The notes under the pieces are model-generated. The model was not told where the DNA came from and did not search any database. It worked only from the letters and a program-made list of their open reading frames with translations. The position numbers and the translations under genes were made by a program. Shown here in pieces: positions 21,420 through 30,574 of a DNA stretch of 64,000 bases. Source of the DNA: Candidatus Latescibacterota bacterium. GTDB lineage: Bacteria > Latescibacterota > UBA2968 > UBA8231. Location of the stretch: NCBI GenBank assembly GCA_965219385.1, contig CBDCNM010000001.1, forward strand, positions 360,631 to 424,630, written 5' to 3'. How positions within the stretch are numbered: the stretch's first letter is position 1; every line of letters starts with the position of its first letter.

Positions 21420-24214
21420 TGTTTATAGAAGTAGTTAAACTCCAGAATGCACCCAATACAGAAAAGGGAAACCTCCTAGAGAAACTTGCAGAAGAGTTTC
21501 TAAGGGTGCAAGGGTATGAAGTCTCTAAGCAAGTTAGGGTTACTGCCTCTGAATTAGATTTGCTCTGTAACCACAAAGTTTCAGAGAAGAAAATTTATGT
21601 AGAGTGCAAGGCTCAAAAGGATTCTCTTTCTGCGGATGTTCTAACAAAACTTCTGGGTAATGTAAATTTCCACGAATATTCTGAAGGCTGGCTTATTAGC
21701 ACTGGCCCTTTGAGTAAGGACGCCAAAGGATTCATGGCTGAATGGGAAAAGAAAGAGCTTGAAAAGAAGGAAAAGTTAAGTATCTATACACCCGATAGAG
21801 TTTTAGATTCGCTGCAGGACGCCAAATTAATAACACATCCACCCACTGAAACAGCATTAAAACTCATACGAGAAACGGACCTTTCAATAGGCGATTGGGT
21901 GTTGCTTGTAACTCCTTGGGGAAACTACTGGGCGTGCCCATTATTGCTCAATGGGTTAACCAATTCGGTGATCTTGTTTTGTGCCCTGAATGCTCGTCAA
22001 ATTTCTGATGAAATTGTCTTTGAACATATTAAAACTTCAGATTTCAGTTTGAGGGATTTTGAGTTTTTGAGCGTTGAAAGTGTTGAAAAATCCAATAAAA
22101 ATATCGCTCAACAAAAAGACACGGCAATTGTTGAGGTAGAGTTTGGTGAGAAATGGTCTGACTATCGGCCAGCTCGTCCAGAACACTTTGTTGGACGAAA
22201 AAAGGTGCAAAAAGAACTTCTACAGTTTTTCACTTCTGTAAAAAAGGGCAGGACAGAATCGCGTATCTTTGCCATAAAGGGTGATTCCGGCATTGGGAAG
22301 AGTTCTCTCGTGGCGAAGATGCGAGCTGTGGCCAAAAGTAGCCACAAGCCCAATAATCTATTTCTTTACGCTGTCGATATGAGAGCTGCAAATGATGCCT
22401 CTTATGTTTCCTCTTCACTCATGAAGGCCTTAAAATCAGCGGCAATTCAAGGCCTTGGTCACGAAAACGATCTGAAAATCAGTAATTATAATGATCCGCT
22501 ACAAAGTGAGTCTATTAGTACATTCCTATCTGAATGTAAGAAAAAGCATGAATTGATCATTTTTGTTTTTGATCAGTTTGAAGAACTGTACTCGAAGTCG
22601 GAGTTATTTGCGGTCTTTGAGGCAGCAAAGAGGCTTATGTTTTCTGTTATATCTGCTTCTTCAAACTTGGTACTGGGATTTGCATGGAAAACGGACAGTT
22701 CTGTACCTCAAGAACATCCTGCTTACCACATGTGGCACGAATTATCCGATCACCGTTTTGAGGTGTCACTCAAACCATTTAGCCATTCAGATGCAGAGCA
22801 ATCGTTGAAAGTCTTTGAAGCTGAATTGGGTGAGAAAATTCGGCCAGAGCTCCGTAAGTATCTATTGGAAAACAGCCAGGGATATCCTTGGCTGTTAAAA
22901 AAACTATGCATACATTTTTATCATCAATTGAAAAACGGTGTCAGTCAACAGGAGATGGCGAACCGATCATTAGATATTTCATCTCTATTTGATCAAGATT
23001 TGAACAATCTGAATGATTCAGAAATGGGATGCCTGAAATCAGTTGCACAGAATGCACCTATGGACTGGTACGAAGTCCTTGAGTATGCTGGACACGATGT
23101 AGTTCAGTCTCTTCAGAATAAGCGCCTACTGATCAGACGGGGGGATAAGCTTAATCTATATTGGGATATTTTTCGCGATTATGTGCGTTTTGATACCATC
23201 CCATCAATTCCGTTCACCTACATTCCCCAATCGCCATCTATAGATGCATTGCTGCATGTTTCTCAGGAACTTGACGATGCTGAAGGGAAATCTCTCCAAG
23301 AATTGGCGGACAGGTCGAAACTTAAGGAAAGTACCGTTAGGAATATCATCCATGATTTAGAACAGTTTGGAGTTATAAGCATTGCTGAAGGTCAGATCAA
23401 AATTGATGATCACTTGAATGATTTTGATGAGAGATCAATCTTATCCAATATCAGAATAGTGTTTAAAAGACACGCATTCACTGAATTACTAAAGAAAAAT
23501 AATACCCTGAAGTCCGGTGATACGGAGCAGTTGATAACCTATCTCAAACAGATAAATCCCACTGCACAACACCATATTCGTACATGGAACACATATGCCC
23601 AAAGAATGGTTGTCTGGTTAAAAGCCTTTGGTTTAATTCGCAATGAGAGCGATGGAGTCAGGTACGAAGATCTGGGTGATATTTCTGGTGGTGATGTTAA
23701 AAAATGGAGTGGTGAACGAAAAAGAATAGTCTTTTTGGGAGATACTTCGCCAGCGAAAGTTATCGAAGCTTTCGATTTGTTAAAGCAAGGGGCGAAATCA
23801 CAGATCAGCATGAAGAATTTGGGATTCCGCAATGCATGTGTTGTACTATACCGTTTTCGGTTGGTAGAATTGACATCTGCCGGTGAATATCGAGTGCCTG
23901 AATATGCTATAATATTTTCGTCAATAAAGGTGATCTGGGAAGAAGCAGGAAAGGAAGAATCAATTAGACTAGCAATAGATTTGTTAACAAAGAACCCCCA
24001 TCTTTCAGGTAAAAAAATTGGTAACTTTGTAGCTACAAAATTCAAAAGAGATTGGAAACCCGCTTCCTGTCAGCGAGTTGGCAATAGTCTCCGGCAATGG
24101 GGTGTGTGGCTAATGACCCCTTTATCTATAGATTGTTCTATACCACCCGCACCGGGGCGCAATACACCAAGACATGATGTACAACCTAGTTTGTTCGATC
24201 TGGAGAATGAATAA
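21416..24214 (+). CDS. Mrr-like PD-(D/E)XK endonuclease fused to STAND-type P-loop NTPase and wHTH
   Basis: KGNLLE...ELDL...YVECK; Walker A GDSGIGKS; Walker B FVFDQFEE; visibly AT-rich gene. Confidence 0.75.
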   Translation: MMFIEVVKLQNAPNTEKGNLLEKLAEEFLRVQGYEVSKQVRVTASELDLLCNHKVSEKKIYVECKAQKDSLSADVLTKLLGNVNFHEYSEGWLISTGPLSKDAKGFMAEWEKKELEKKEKLSIYTPDRVLDSLQDAKLITHPPTETALKLIRETDLSIGDWVLLVTPWGNYWACPLLLNGLTNSVILFCALNARQISDEIVFEHIKTSDFSLRDFEFLSVESVEKSNKNIAQQKDTAIVEVEFGEKWSDYRPARPEHFVGRKKVQKELLQFFTSVKKGRTESRIFAIKGDSGIGKSSLVAKMRAVAKSSHKPNNLFLYAVDMRAANDASYVSSSLMKALKSAAIQGLGHENDLKISNYNDPLQSESISTFLSECKKKHELIIFVFDQFEELYSKSELFAVFEAAKRLMFSVISASSNLVLGFAWKTDSSVPQEHPAYHMWHELSDHRFEVSLKPFSHSDAEQSLKVFEAELGEKIRPELRKYLLENSQGYPWLLKKLCIHFYHQLKNGVSQQEMANRSLDISSLFDQDLNNLNDSEMGCLKSVAQNAPMDWYEVLEYAGHDVVQSLQNKRLLIRRGDKLNLYWDIFRDYVRFDTIPSIPFTYIPQSPSIDALLHVSQELDDAEGKSLQELADRSKLKESTVRNIIHDLEQFGVISIAEGQIKIDDHLNDFDERSILSNIRIVFKRHAFTELLKKNNTLKSGDTEQLITYLKQINPTAQHHIRTWNTYAQRMVVWLKAFGLIRNESDGVRYEDLGDISGGDVKKWSGERKRIVFLGDTSPAKVIEAFDLLKQGAKSQISMKNLGFRNACVVLYRFRLVELTSAGEYRVPEYAIIFSSIKVIWEEAGKEESIRLAIDLLTKNPHLSGKKIGNFVATKFKRDWKPASCQRVGNSLRQWGVWLMTPLSIDCSIPPAPGRNTPRHDVQPSLFDLENE

Positions 24215-24356
24215 AAGCTGTTTCAAAACTAGCGTCGGGCCGCATCAAGGGTTGTCAAGTGCCTTCGCATTGAGCGTTTTTCATAGGGCGAGACGCTCTG
24301 GATCCGACGCTTTTTCTTCACACAAGGAACCGAACCTGGAGTTTTGGGACCACTTC
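24214..24356. mobile_element. MITE-like element (IS5-type ends)
   Basis: Imperfect terminal IRs AAAGCTGTTTCAAAACT / GAAGTGGTCCCAAAACT (12/17), TA on both sides, inner IR AGCGTCGG/CCGACGCT. Confidence 0.55.
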
Positions 24357-24481
24357 TAGTCATATTTTGGTAATGAGGTGCTAGCCACAACAATTCTTGT
24401 AAGACCATTGAGTCCCATAGACGTTGGATTAAAGATGTTCAAAAATGCCTCCGACAGCTATCATATTTCAAAGATGTATCC

Positions 24482-26488
24482 ATGAGTAACTGGCGCAACC
24501 AGATTCTCCGCGAATTCACGCCCAACGTAGCCCGTCTGACACTGGTCGCCGACCCTGACGGGCTGCTTTTGGAAGAAGGTATTCTTGCGGGCATTCGTGA
24601 GCGGGGATTTGAACTGATTCCGTTCGAGGATCACATCGCCTTTCGGTATGCCTACGAGACCCAGTTCCGTTCCCGCTGGGATCGAGGCGAGCAGACAGAA
24701 CTGGTGGTCGTACTGCACTCCGAGGCCCGAGACCTGGGCTGCTTGCCATACGATCTGCTCCAGGCTGGTCGTCGGCTTTCGTTCAGCCTGGGCGAGATTT
24801 TCCCCAACCTGAGCTATCCGGTTGTGGCCGCCTTGGACCGGCGAGACTTGGACGCGCTGGACGATGCCCAGGAGCAGTACGCGCCCGATGTGCTGGGAGA
24901 CAACGCGACCATAAAATTTGTCCTGCGGCATGTTTTCGAGATTGCACCGGAACTCATCCAAGAGCCATCCGATTTGTTGCGGGTGCTGCTGCGCCGCCAC
25001 CACCGAGAACAGCGGATTCCGTCCTTGTTGAACGAGCGATTTGTCCAGTTGCTCCGCCAGCAGCATGGATTTGGAGACTGGCCACTCGAAATGATCGTTT
25101 CAGACCGGCAGGCATTTTTCGCCTTTCTCCAGGAACGCTGGCCTATCTTTCTCGACCGGGCAGCGAGCGAAGAAGGTCTCGTCGTTCGGGAGCGCACGGA
25201 ACCTTATGCTTTAGAGTTTTCCGGCCCTACGGATTTGCCATTCGATCACGACGATATCCGTATCTATATCGACAACCTGTTTCTCGAAGGACTGCTCGAA
25301 GCCGTCCCATACGAACAGGCTGAATCGTTGTCAAAGCCTTGGCTCGTTATTGGCATCCGGAGAGATGAGCAGGCGGACCGAGAGCGCCGCGTGGATGGCC
25401 TTCTCTGCACTTTGGCCTCCACTATTCCGCAAGAGGAGACACAGCACGACGACTGGTTCCGCTTTGCCAGAACCTGGGCCGAATTGGTTGCCCTGTCTCT
25501 GGAATCGGATGCGATGTTGCCAGAGCCTGTAAGTCAAAAGATGGAGACGTTGCAAGCACGAATTGACGCTGCGCTTGTGCCTTGGCTGGTAAACCGTTAT
25601 CCGGGATTGAGCAATTTGCCGCCAGATCCGCCGGTCATGCTGCACCACATTCCCCGTTTCCTTGCCAGGCATGTCAATGATGCCAAGGAACACAAGGTGG
25701 CGTTCGTCCTAATAGATGGCCTTTCGCTGGATCAGTGGATCGTCGCCCGCAAGGAGCTTGCCAAGCAACGCTCCGAGTACCGTTTCCGAGAGCACGCAGT
25801 GTTCGCTTGGATACCCACCATCACCTCGGTTTCGCGCCAAGCAGCCTTTGCCGGCAAGCCACCCATCTACTTTCCGAACAGTATTGGCACCACGAACAAG
25901 GAGCCAGCCTTGTGGACGAAATTTTGGGTGGACCAAGGGCTGACACAGCAAGAAGTCGGATATGCCAAAGGGCTTGGGGACGGCGCACTGGATCGCGTAG
26001 AGGAGATGATTGCTCGGCTACGAATGCGTGTCGTCGGTTTGGTTGTTGACAAAGTAGATAGGATCATGCACGGCATGGAACTTGGCGCTGCGGGGATGCA
26101 CAACCAGGTTCGGCAGTGGGCCGGTCAACCGTTCATGGCGAACCTTGTCGATCTGCTTCTGGAAAACGGATTCCGTGTTCACCTATCTTCGGATCATGGA
26201 AATATTGAGGCTGCCGGGTGCGGCCGTCCCGCAGAGGGAGTGGTTGCGGACTTGCGCGGTGAGCGTGCTCGAATCTATCCAGATTCTTTACTGCGTGGTC
26301 AGGTCAAAGAGCGATTTCCAGACGCCCTGGAATGGCCACCAATTGGGCTGCCGGAGGACTATCTACCTCTGCTTGCCACGGGTCGCTCGGCGTTTGTTCG
26401 CGAGACCGAACGCCTTGTCGGTCACGGCGGAGCATCGCTTGAAGAACTGGTCGTCCCTCTTGTTCAGATCGAAAGGAGGGACAATTGA
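24482..26488 (+). CDS. pglZ: BREX-3 phosphatase PglZ
   Basis: LVADPDGLL, LIDGLSLDQW, PTITSVSRQA, SDHGN, HGGASLEELVVP. Confidence 0.92.
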   Translation: MSNWRNQILREFTPNVARLTLVADPDGLLLEEGILAGIRERGFELIPFEDHIAFRYAYETQFRSRWDRGEQTELVVVLHSEARDLGCLPYDLLQAGRRLSFSLGEIFPNLSYPVVAALDRRDLDALDDAQEQYAPDVLGDNATIKFVLRHVFEIAPELIQEPSDLLRVLLRRHHREQRIPSLLNERFVQLLRQQHGFGDWPLEMIVSDRQAFFAFLQERWPIFLDRAASEEGLVVRERTEPYALEFSGPTDLPFDHDDIRIYIDNLFLEGLLEAVPYEQAESLSKPWLVIGIRRDEQADRERRVDGLLCTLASTIPQEETQHDDWFRFARTWAELVALSLESDAMLPEPVSQKMETLQARIDAALVPWLVNRYPGLSNLPPDPPVMLHHIPRFLARHVNDAKEHKVAFVLIDGLSLDQWIVARKELAKQRSEYRFREHAVFAWIPTITSVSRQAAFAGKPPIYFPNSIGTTNKEPALWTKFWVDQGLTQQEVGYAKGLGDGALDRVEEMIARLRMRVVGLVVDKVDRIMHGMELGAAGMHNQVRQWAGQPFMANLVDLLLENGFRVHLSSDHGNIEAAGCGRPAEGVVADLRGERARIYPDSLLRGQVKERFPDALEWPPIGLPEDYLPLLATGRSAFVRETERLVGHGGASLEELVVPLVQIERRDN

Positions 26489-27267
26489 ACGGACGAAAAA
26501 CCCAGATCGGCTTCAGCCAACGTATCCGACTTGAGTGGTTCGAGCAGACAGCCAATTTGATACTGGCTGGGAACGACAGGACCATAATCAACGATTCGCT
26601 CCAGGATCTGTTGCAGGACAAGGTGTCAGTCGGTGGTGAATCCGTTAGGGGCAACAGGGAAAAAGTGATCACCATCCTGTTGAAGACTTGGATTACCGTG
26701 CCTCGTGAATTGGAGAAGCTACGGGACGAAGGCTTGAAGATACTACAATTACTCGCTCGCAAAGACCGAATTGCTGTTCACTGGGGCATGACGCTGGCAG
26801 CCTACCCCTTTTGGGGCGCGGTCGCGGCGCACACCGGCAGGCTCTTGCGGCTTCAGGGAACAGCCGCGGCAGCACACGTCCAGCGACGGGTCAAGGAGGA
26901 ATACGGTGAACGCAAAACCGCGTCACGGGCTGCCCGGCGTGTGCTTCGATCATTCATCGATTGGGGCGTTTTGAACGAGACGCAGGACAAAGGCGTCTAT
27001 GATCAAGGGAAACAGTACTCGGTTGAGGAACCCAGGCTCATCGCCTGGATGGTGGAGGCATCTCTCTGCTCCCGTTCGAACGGGTCTGCCGCCACAAAAG
27101 ACCTGCTCGACAGTCCAAGCATCTTTCCATTCCGCTTCCCCTATATCTCAGCCGAGCATGTGGCATCTCTCTCGCCTCGTCTAGATATGCTACGGCACAG
27201 TCTGGATGATAATCTTGTGATGCTGCGTGGAGAAGGTCATGACAGCGGGAAGGGAGGGGCAAAATGA
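26485..27267 (+). CDS. brxA: BREX-3 BrxA-like protein
   Basis: IGFSQRIRLEW, HWGM-AAYPF, YGER, SFIDWGVL; terminal gene of type 3 BREX order. Confidence 0.75.
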   Translation: MNGRKTQIGFSQRIRLEWFEQTANLILAGNDRTIINDSLQDLLQDKVSVGGESVRGNREKVITILLKTWITVPRELEKLRDEGLKILQLLARKDRIAVHWGMTLAAYPFWGAVAAHTGRLLRLQGTAAAAHVQRRVKEEYGERKTASRAARRVLRSFIDWGVLNETQDKGVYDQGKQYSVEEPRLIAWMVEASLCSRSNGSAATKDLLDSPSIFPFRFPYISAEHVASLSPRLDMLRHSLDDNLVMLRGEGHDSGKGGAK

Positions 27268-27281
27268 CCTTTCCTTATACC

Positions 27282-27369
27282 AACAAACCCGAGACCGAGC
27301 CGGAGGTGTTCAAACAGTTGCCCATCGTGCCGACGCTGGGCTTCAATTTTTCGTTTTGAGGAGGACATC
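27282..27369 (+). repeat. Direct repeat copy 3 of TonB 3' end plus native RBS of DUF4249 gene
   Basis: 82 bp identical to 5403-5484. Confidence 0.95.
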
Positions 27370-28371
27370 GTGCGCTACGTTTTTATCGTCCTGTGCCTGA
27401 CGGCCTGCACCGCCGAGCGCCAGCCGTGGGACCTCTTCGGCTCGGTGGAAGAAGAGAGCGAGCTGGTGGTGGACGGGGTGCTGCTGGTCAACCACGACCT
27501 GCCCGATCTGTTCGTGCGGCGCACCCTGCCTCTGGCCGCGGCCGTGCGCCACGATTCCAGCTATGTTTTTGATCCGGCCGACATCGATTCTACCGGGCGC
27601 CTGGTGCGCCCATCCTACAGCACCTACAGCCGGGACGCGGCGGGGGTGACCGGCGCCCAGGTGCGCGTCGTCCAGGGGGCCCAGGTCTTCGAGTACGCAC
27701 CCGACCCGGCTTGGCCGGGCCGCTATCTGCCGCCGGAGGCGCCCCGGGTGGAGGCCCTGACCGAGTACCGGCTGGAAGTGGAAGTAAAGGGAAAGAGGGT
27801 GCGGGCGCGCACGACCACGCCGGATCGGATGCGGGTGCGGCAGACGGTGCTAATCGACGAGGAGACCCTGGAGGTCCTGCGGACTCTCAAGTCGTTTGCC
27901 GAGGCCGGGGACGGAGTGTACACGGCGCCGGAGAATCAGCTCACCTATCTGGAGGGTCTGCTGGAAATCCACCTGGACACGGGGACCGCGAAGGGGTACC
28001 AGTTGGCCCTGATCACTCTGGAACCGATCCTGAGATTCGTCGACGACGATATAGAGGACTTCTACGACGAGGAGGATGAGCACGCGTTGCGGGCCAACGA
28101 ATCGCCGCCCCTATCCGTGAGCGCCGGCATCGTGCGATTGCCGTGGCTGGCGGTGGTTTTTGAAGGGCGCACTCTGGTGAAGATGTACGCGCTGGACCAC
28201 AACTGGTTCGAGTACGCCCGCTCCAGCCCCAACCATCAGGAGAGAGGGGGCTTTGGGGGGCTGGCCGGCGACCAGTTCGAGCGGCCGTTCTTTCAGGTGG
28301 AGGGAGGCATCGGGCTGTTTGGCTCGGCGGCGGTGGATTCGGTGGGGTTTGTCGTCCTGCCGCGGCCGTGA
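27370..28371 (+). CDS. DUF4249-family lipoprotein (usual partner of TonB receptor)
   Basis: Lipobox-like LTAC, LVVDGVL, C-terminal VEGGIGLFGS. Confidence 0.75.
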   Translation: MRYVFIVLCLTACTAERQPWDLFGSVEEESELVVDGVLLVNHDLPDLFVRRTLPLAAAVRHDSSYVFDPADIDSTGRLVRPSYSTYSRDAAGVTGAQVRVVQGAQVFEYAPDPAWPGRYLPPEAPRVEALTEYRLEVEVKGKRVRARTTTPDRMRVRQTVLIDEETLEVLRTLKSFAEAGDGVYTAPENQLTYLEGLLEIHLDTGTAKGYQLALITLEPILRFVDDDIEDFYDEEDEHALRANESPPLSVSAGIVRLPWLAVVFEGRTLVKMYALDHNWFEYARSSPNHQERGGFGGLAGDQFERPFFQVEGGIGLFGSAAVDSVGFVVLPRP

Positions 28372-28469
28372 CGGGCCGGATCAGCACTCCCGCTTCCTAG
28401 CTGGCTTGGCTGATCCACAACTCCAAATACAACTTGACTCAACTACCGCTGTGATGATATAATCATCAG

Positions 28470-28738
28470 CCATCCGCTCGGCGACCTTCGTGGACTTGAT
28501 CTATGGCATCGTGCTCTACCCGTTCAAGGAGGTCAGCCACATCCCGATGAGCACGACCTGGGTCTTCGTCGGTCTGCTGGCTGGACGCGAGATCGCCATC
28601 GCCTGGAACGAAAAGCACCGCGGCCGTCAGGAGGTGTCCCGGCTGCTGCTCTCCGATCTGGCCAAGATCGTCGCCGGCCTCCTCGTCAGTGTCGCCCTCG
28701 CCTATCTGCTGCCCGTATTGCAGGAGCAGTTCGGCTAG
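28470..28738 (+). pseudogene. C-terminal fragment of a membrane transporter-like protein
   Basis: FKEVSHIPMSTTWVFVGLLAGREIAI; lacks N-terminal part. Confidence 0.5.
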
Positions 28739-29439
28739 AAAGACCAACCGAAGTTTGGGGCTGTGGATTTAGCCGCTTTTATCACCGTGACGGGTACGAC
28801 GCGCCACAGGCAGGCCGCGTCGTACCCGGCGTCCGTCAGCGCGGCGAGTTCGTCTTCCACGGGAAAGTAGGTGTCTTCGTCGGCCCATTCCTTGAAATGG
28901 CTCCAGGCGCGCTCCTCCGCGATGCCGCAGGAGACGAGGTGGGCCGCCCAGGTCTCGTATTCGGCTTGGCGCGCGCCGAGGTCGGTGGGCATGGTCGCAT
29001 CCGCGTTCACGAACACGCCGCCCGGGCGCAACGCGGCGTGAATTGCGCCGAAGATCGTCCGTTTTTCGGCCAACGTGGGAACATGGTGCAGCGCCAGGGA
29101 GGCGACCACCGCGTCGCAAGCGGGGAGCGGGCCTTGGAACGCTCGCTCGGTGTACTGCACTCGTGAAGCGAAGGGAGCGAGCCGCTCGCGGGCCTGATCG
29201 AGCATCTCGGCGTCGGCGTCAATCAACTCGACCCTGGATCCCTCGCATCGCCGCAATACGGCTTGCGTCAACGCGCCGGTGCCGGCGCCGAGGTCGATCA
29301 CTTTTTCGGGCTTGGTCTCGGCAACGGCGTTTGCGGCTCGCGCCAGCATCTCCTCGTAGGCGGGAATGAAAGCGCGGATGCTCTTATCGTAAGCCTCAAT
29401 TTCAACGCGCAGATGGCGTCGTACGGAATGGCTCATCAT
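28735..29439 (-). CDS. Class I SAM-dependent methyltransferase (CmoA-like)
   Basis: IDLGAGTG, SLALHH, LRPGGVFVNAD; ORF extends in frame to ATG 29523 through an ATPase remnant. Confidence 0.85.
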   Translation of the reverse strand: MMSHSVRRHLRVEIEAYDKSIRAFIPAYEEMLARAANAVAETKPEKVIDLGAGTGALTQAVLRRCEGSRVELIDADAEMLDQARERLAPFASRVQYTERAFQGPLPACDAVVASLALHHVPTLAEKRTIFGAIHAALRPGGVFVNADATMPTDLGARQAEYETWAAHLVSCGIAEERAWSHFKEWADEDTYFPVEDELAALTDAGYDAACLWRVVPVTVIKAAKSTAPNFGWSF

Positions 29440-29453
29440 CTTTCCAGTGGACT

Positions 29454-29621
29454 CCAGATTTACCAGATCGTTCGGTCCGCCGAAGTCCAGCACGAGACCT
29501 CGATCCATCGCATTCTTCGTCATGATCTCTTTCGCGCCTCCACTATAGTTATTTTCGGCGCGTGCTGCAAGGCGAAATTTACAGGTTCAGCGGCGCCTCG
29601 CCAGCATAACGCCTTCTCGTA
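29454..29621 (-). repeat. Diverged copy of ATPase-gene fragment (7865-7944) and its upstream region (8182-8263)
   Basis: TKNAMDRGLVLDFGGP vs TKNATDRGLVLDFGGP; shared GTGCTGCAAGGCGAAATTTACAG. Confidence 0.9.
29542..29570 (-). promoter_or_regulatory. Sigma70-like promoter
   Basis: TTGCAG-N17-TATAGT on minus strand upstream of ATG 29523. Confidence 0.5.
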
Positions 29622-29640
29622 TTGAGTTTTACTAAAGTCA

Positions 29641-29814
29641 GTACGCCATGATTCCAGCTATGTTTTTGACCCGGCCGACATCGATTCGACCGGGCGCCTC
29701 GTGCGCCCATCCCACGGCGCCTACAGCCGGGATGCGGCGGGGGTGACCAACGCCCAGGTGCGCATCGTCGAAAGGGACCGTGTCTTCGAGTACGCGGCCG
29801 GTCCGGCTCGGCCT
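29641..29814 (+). repeat. Diverged internal copy of DUF4249 gene segment 27544-27717
   Basis: Ungapped 174-bp alignment; first five differences are synonymous. Confidence 0.9.
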
Positions 29815-29921
29815 TGCGCGTACATGAAGCGCTGAAAGCGAGGCCGATTCTGCCCCTGTCCGAGGTGCGCAATCGCACGATGCTCTCCTTCCCCACTGCT
29901 TCCTCGGCGAGGTTCAATCGT

Positions 29922-30296
29922 CGAGGAGACGAGGAAGCTGCCGCGTCCGTCATCAAGAAGGCCCACAAGCCGGGCGCGGTGGAACCGGACCCTGGTCGAA
30001 GCCACTGTGGACGGCCAGCGCCGCGTCGTCGAATACGAGCCCGACAGCGAGCAGGTGCCGCTGCTCGACGAGGGCGGCATTGCGGGCTTCCTGCGCGCAA
30101 GGTGCTGCCCTATGCGCCGGACGCCTGGTACGACCCGGCGAGCGTCAGGACCGGGTACGAGATCAGCTTCACGCGCTACTTTTACCAGCCGCAGCCGCTG
30201 CGCTCGCTGGCGCAGATACGGGCCGATATTCTGGCGGTGGAGAGGGAGACAGAGGGGCTGCTGGGGGAGATTATCGGGGACGGCGAGGGGGCGTGA
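29922..30296 (+). pseudogene. hsdM: Type I RM HsdM C-terminal fragment, frameshifted
   Basis: VVEYEPDS, VLPYAPDAW, GYEISFTRYFY, RSLAQIRADI spread over different frames. Confidence 0.85.
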
Positions 30297-30574
30297 GTGC
30301 ATGGCCGTTTGCGATGTGCGCCACGCCATTCGCTTCGCCGTTACCCTTGCGTCGATGCCCTAAACTATTTTAATTTACTTGAACTCGACAAGTTTCAGTC
30401 CCATGATTTTTATAACGGACTGTTCGACAACAAGTTACACAGATGAAATCTTGCAAATGAAAAATCCCGGAATTCAGTCGTATTTTTTGGTATTTTCCTC
30501 TGAGAAGCATTTCCAGAATACCGCGATTTGGAGCGAACCTGTCGTTTTTAAGTCATTAGCGGTGACAAAGAGCC

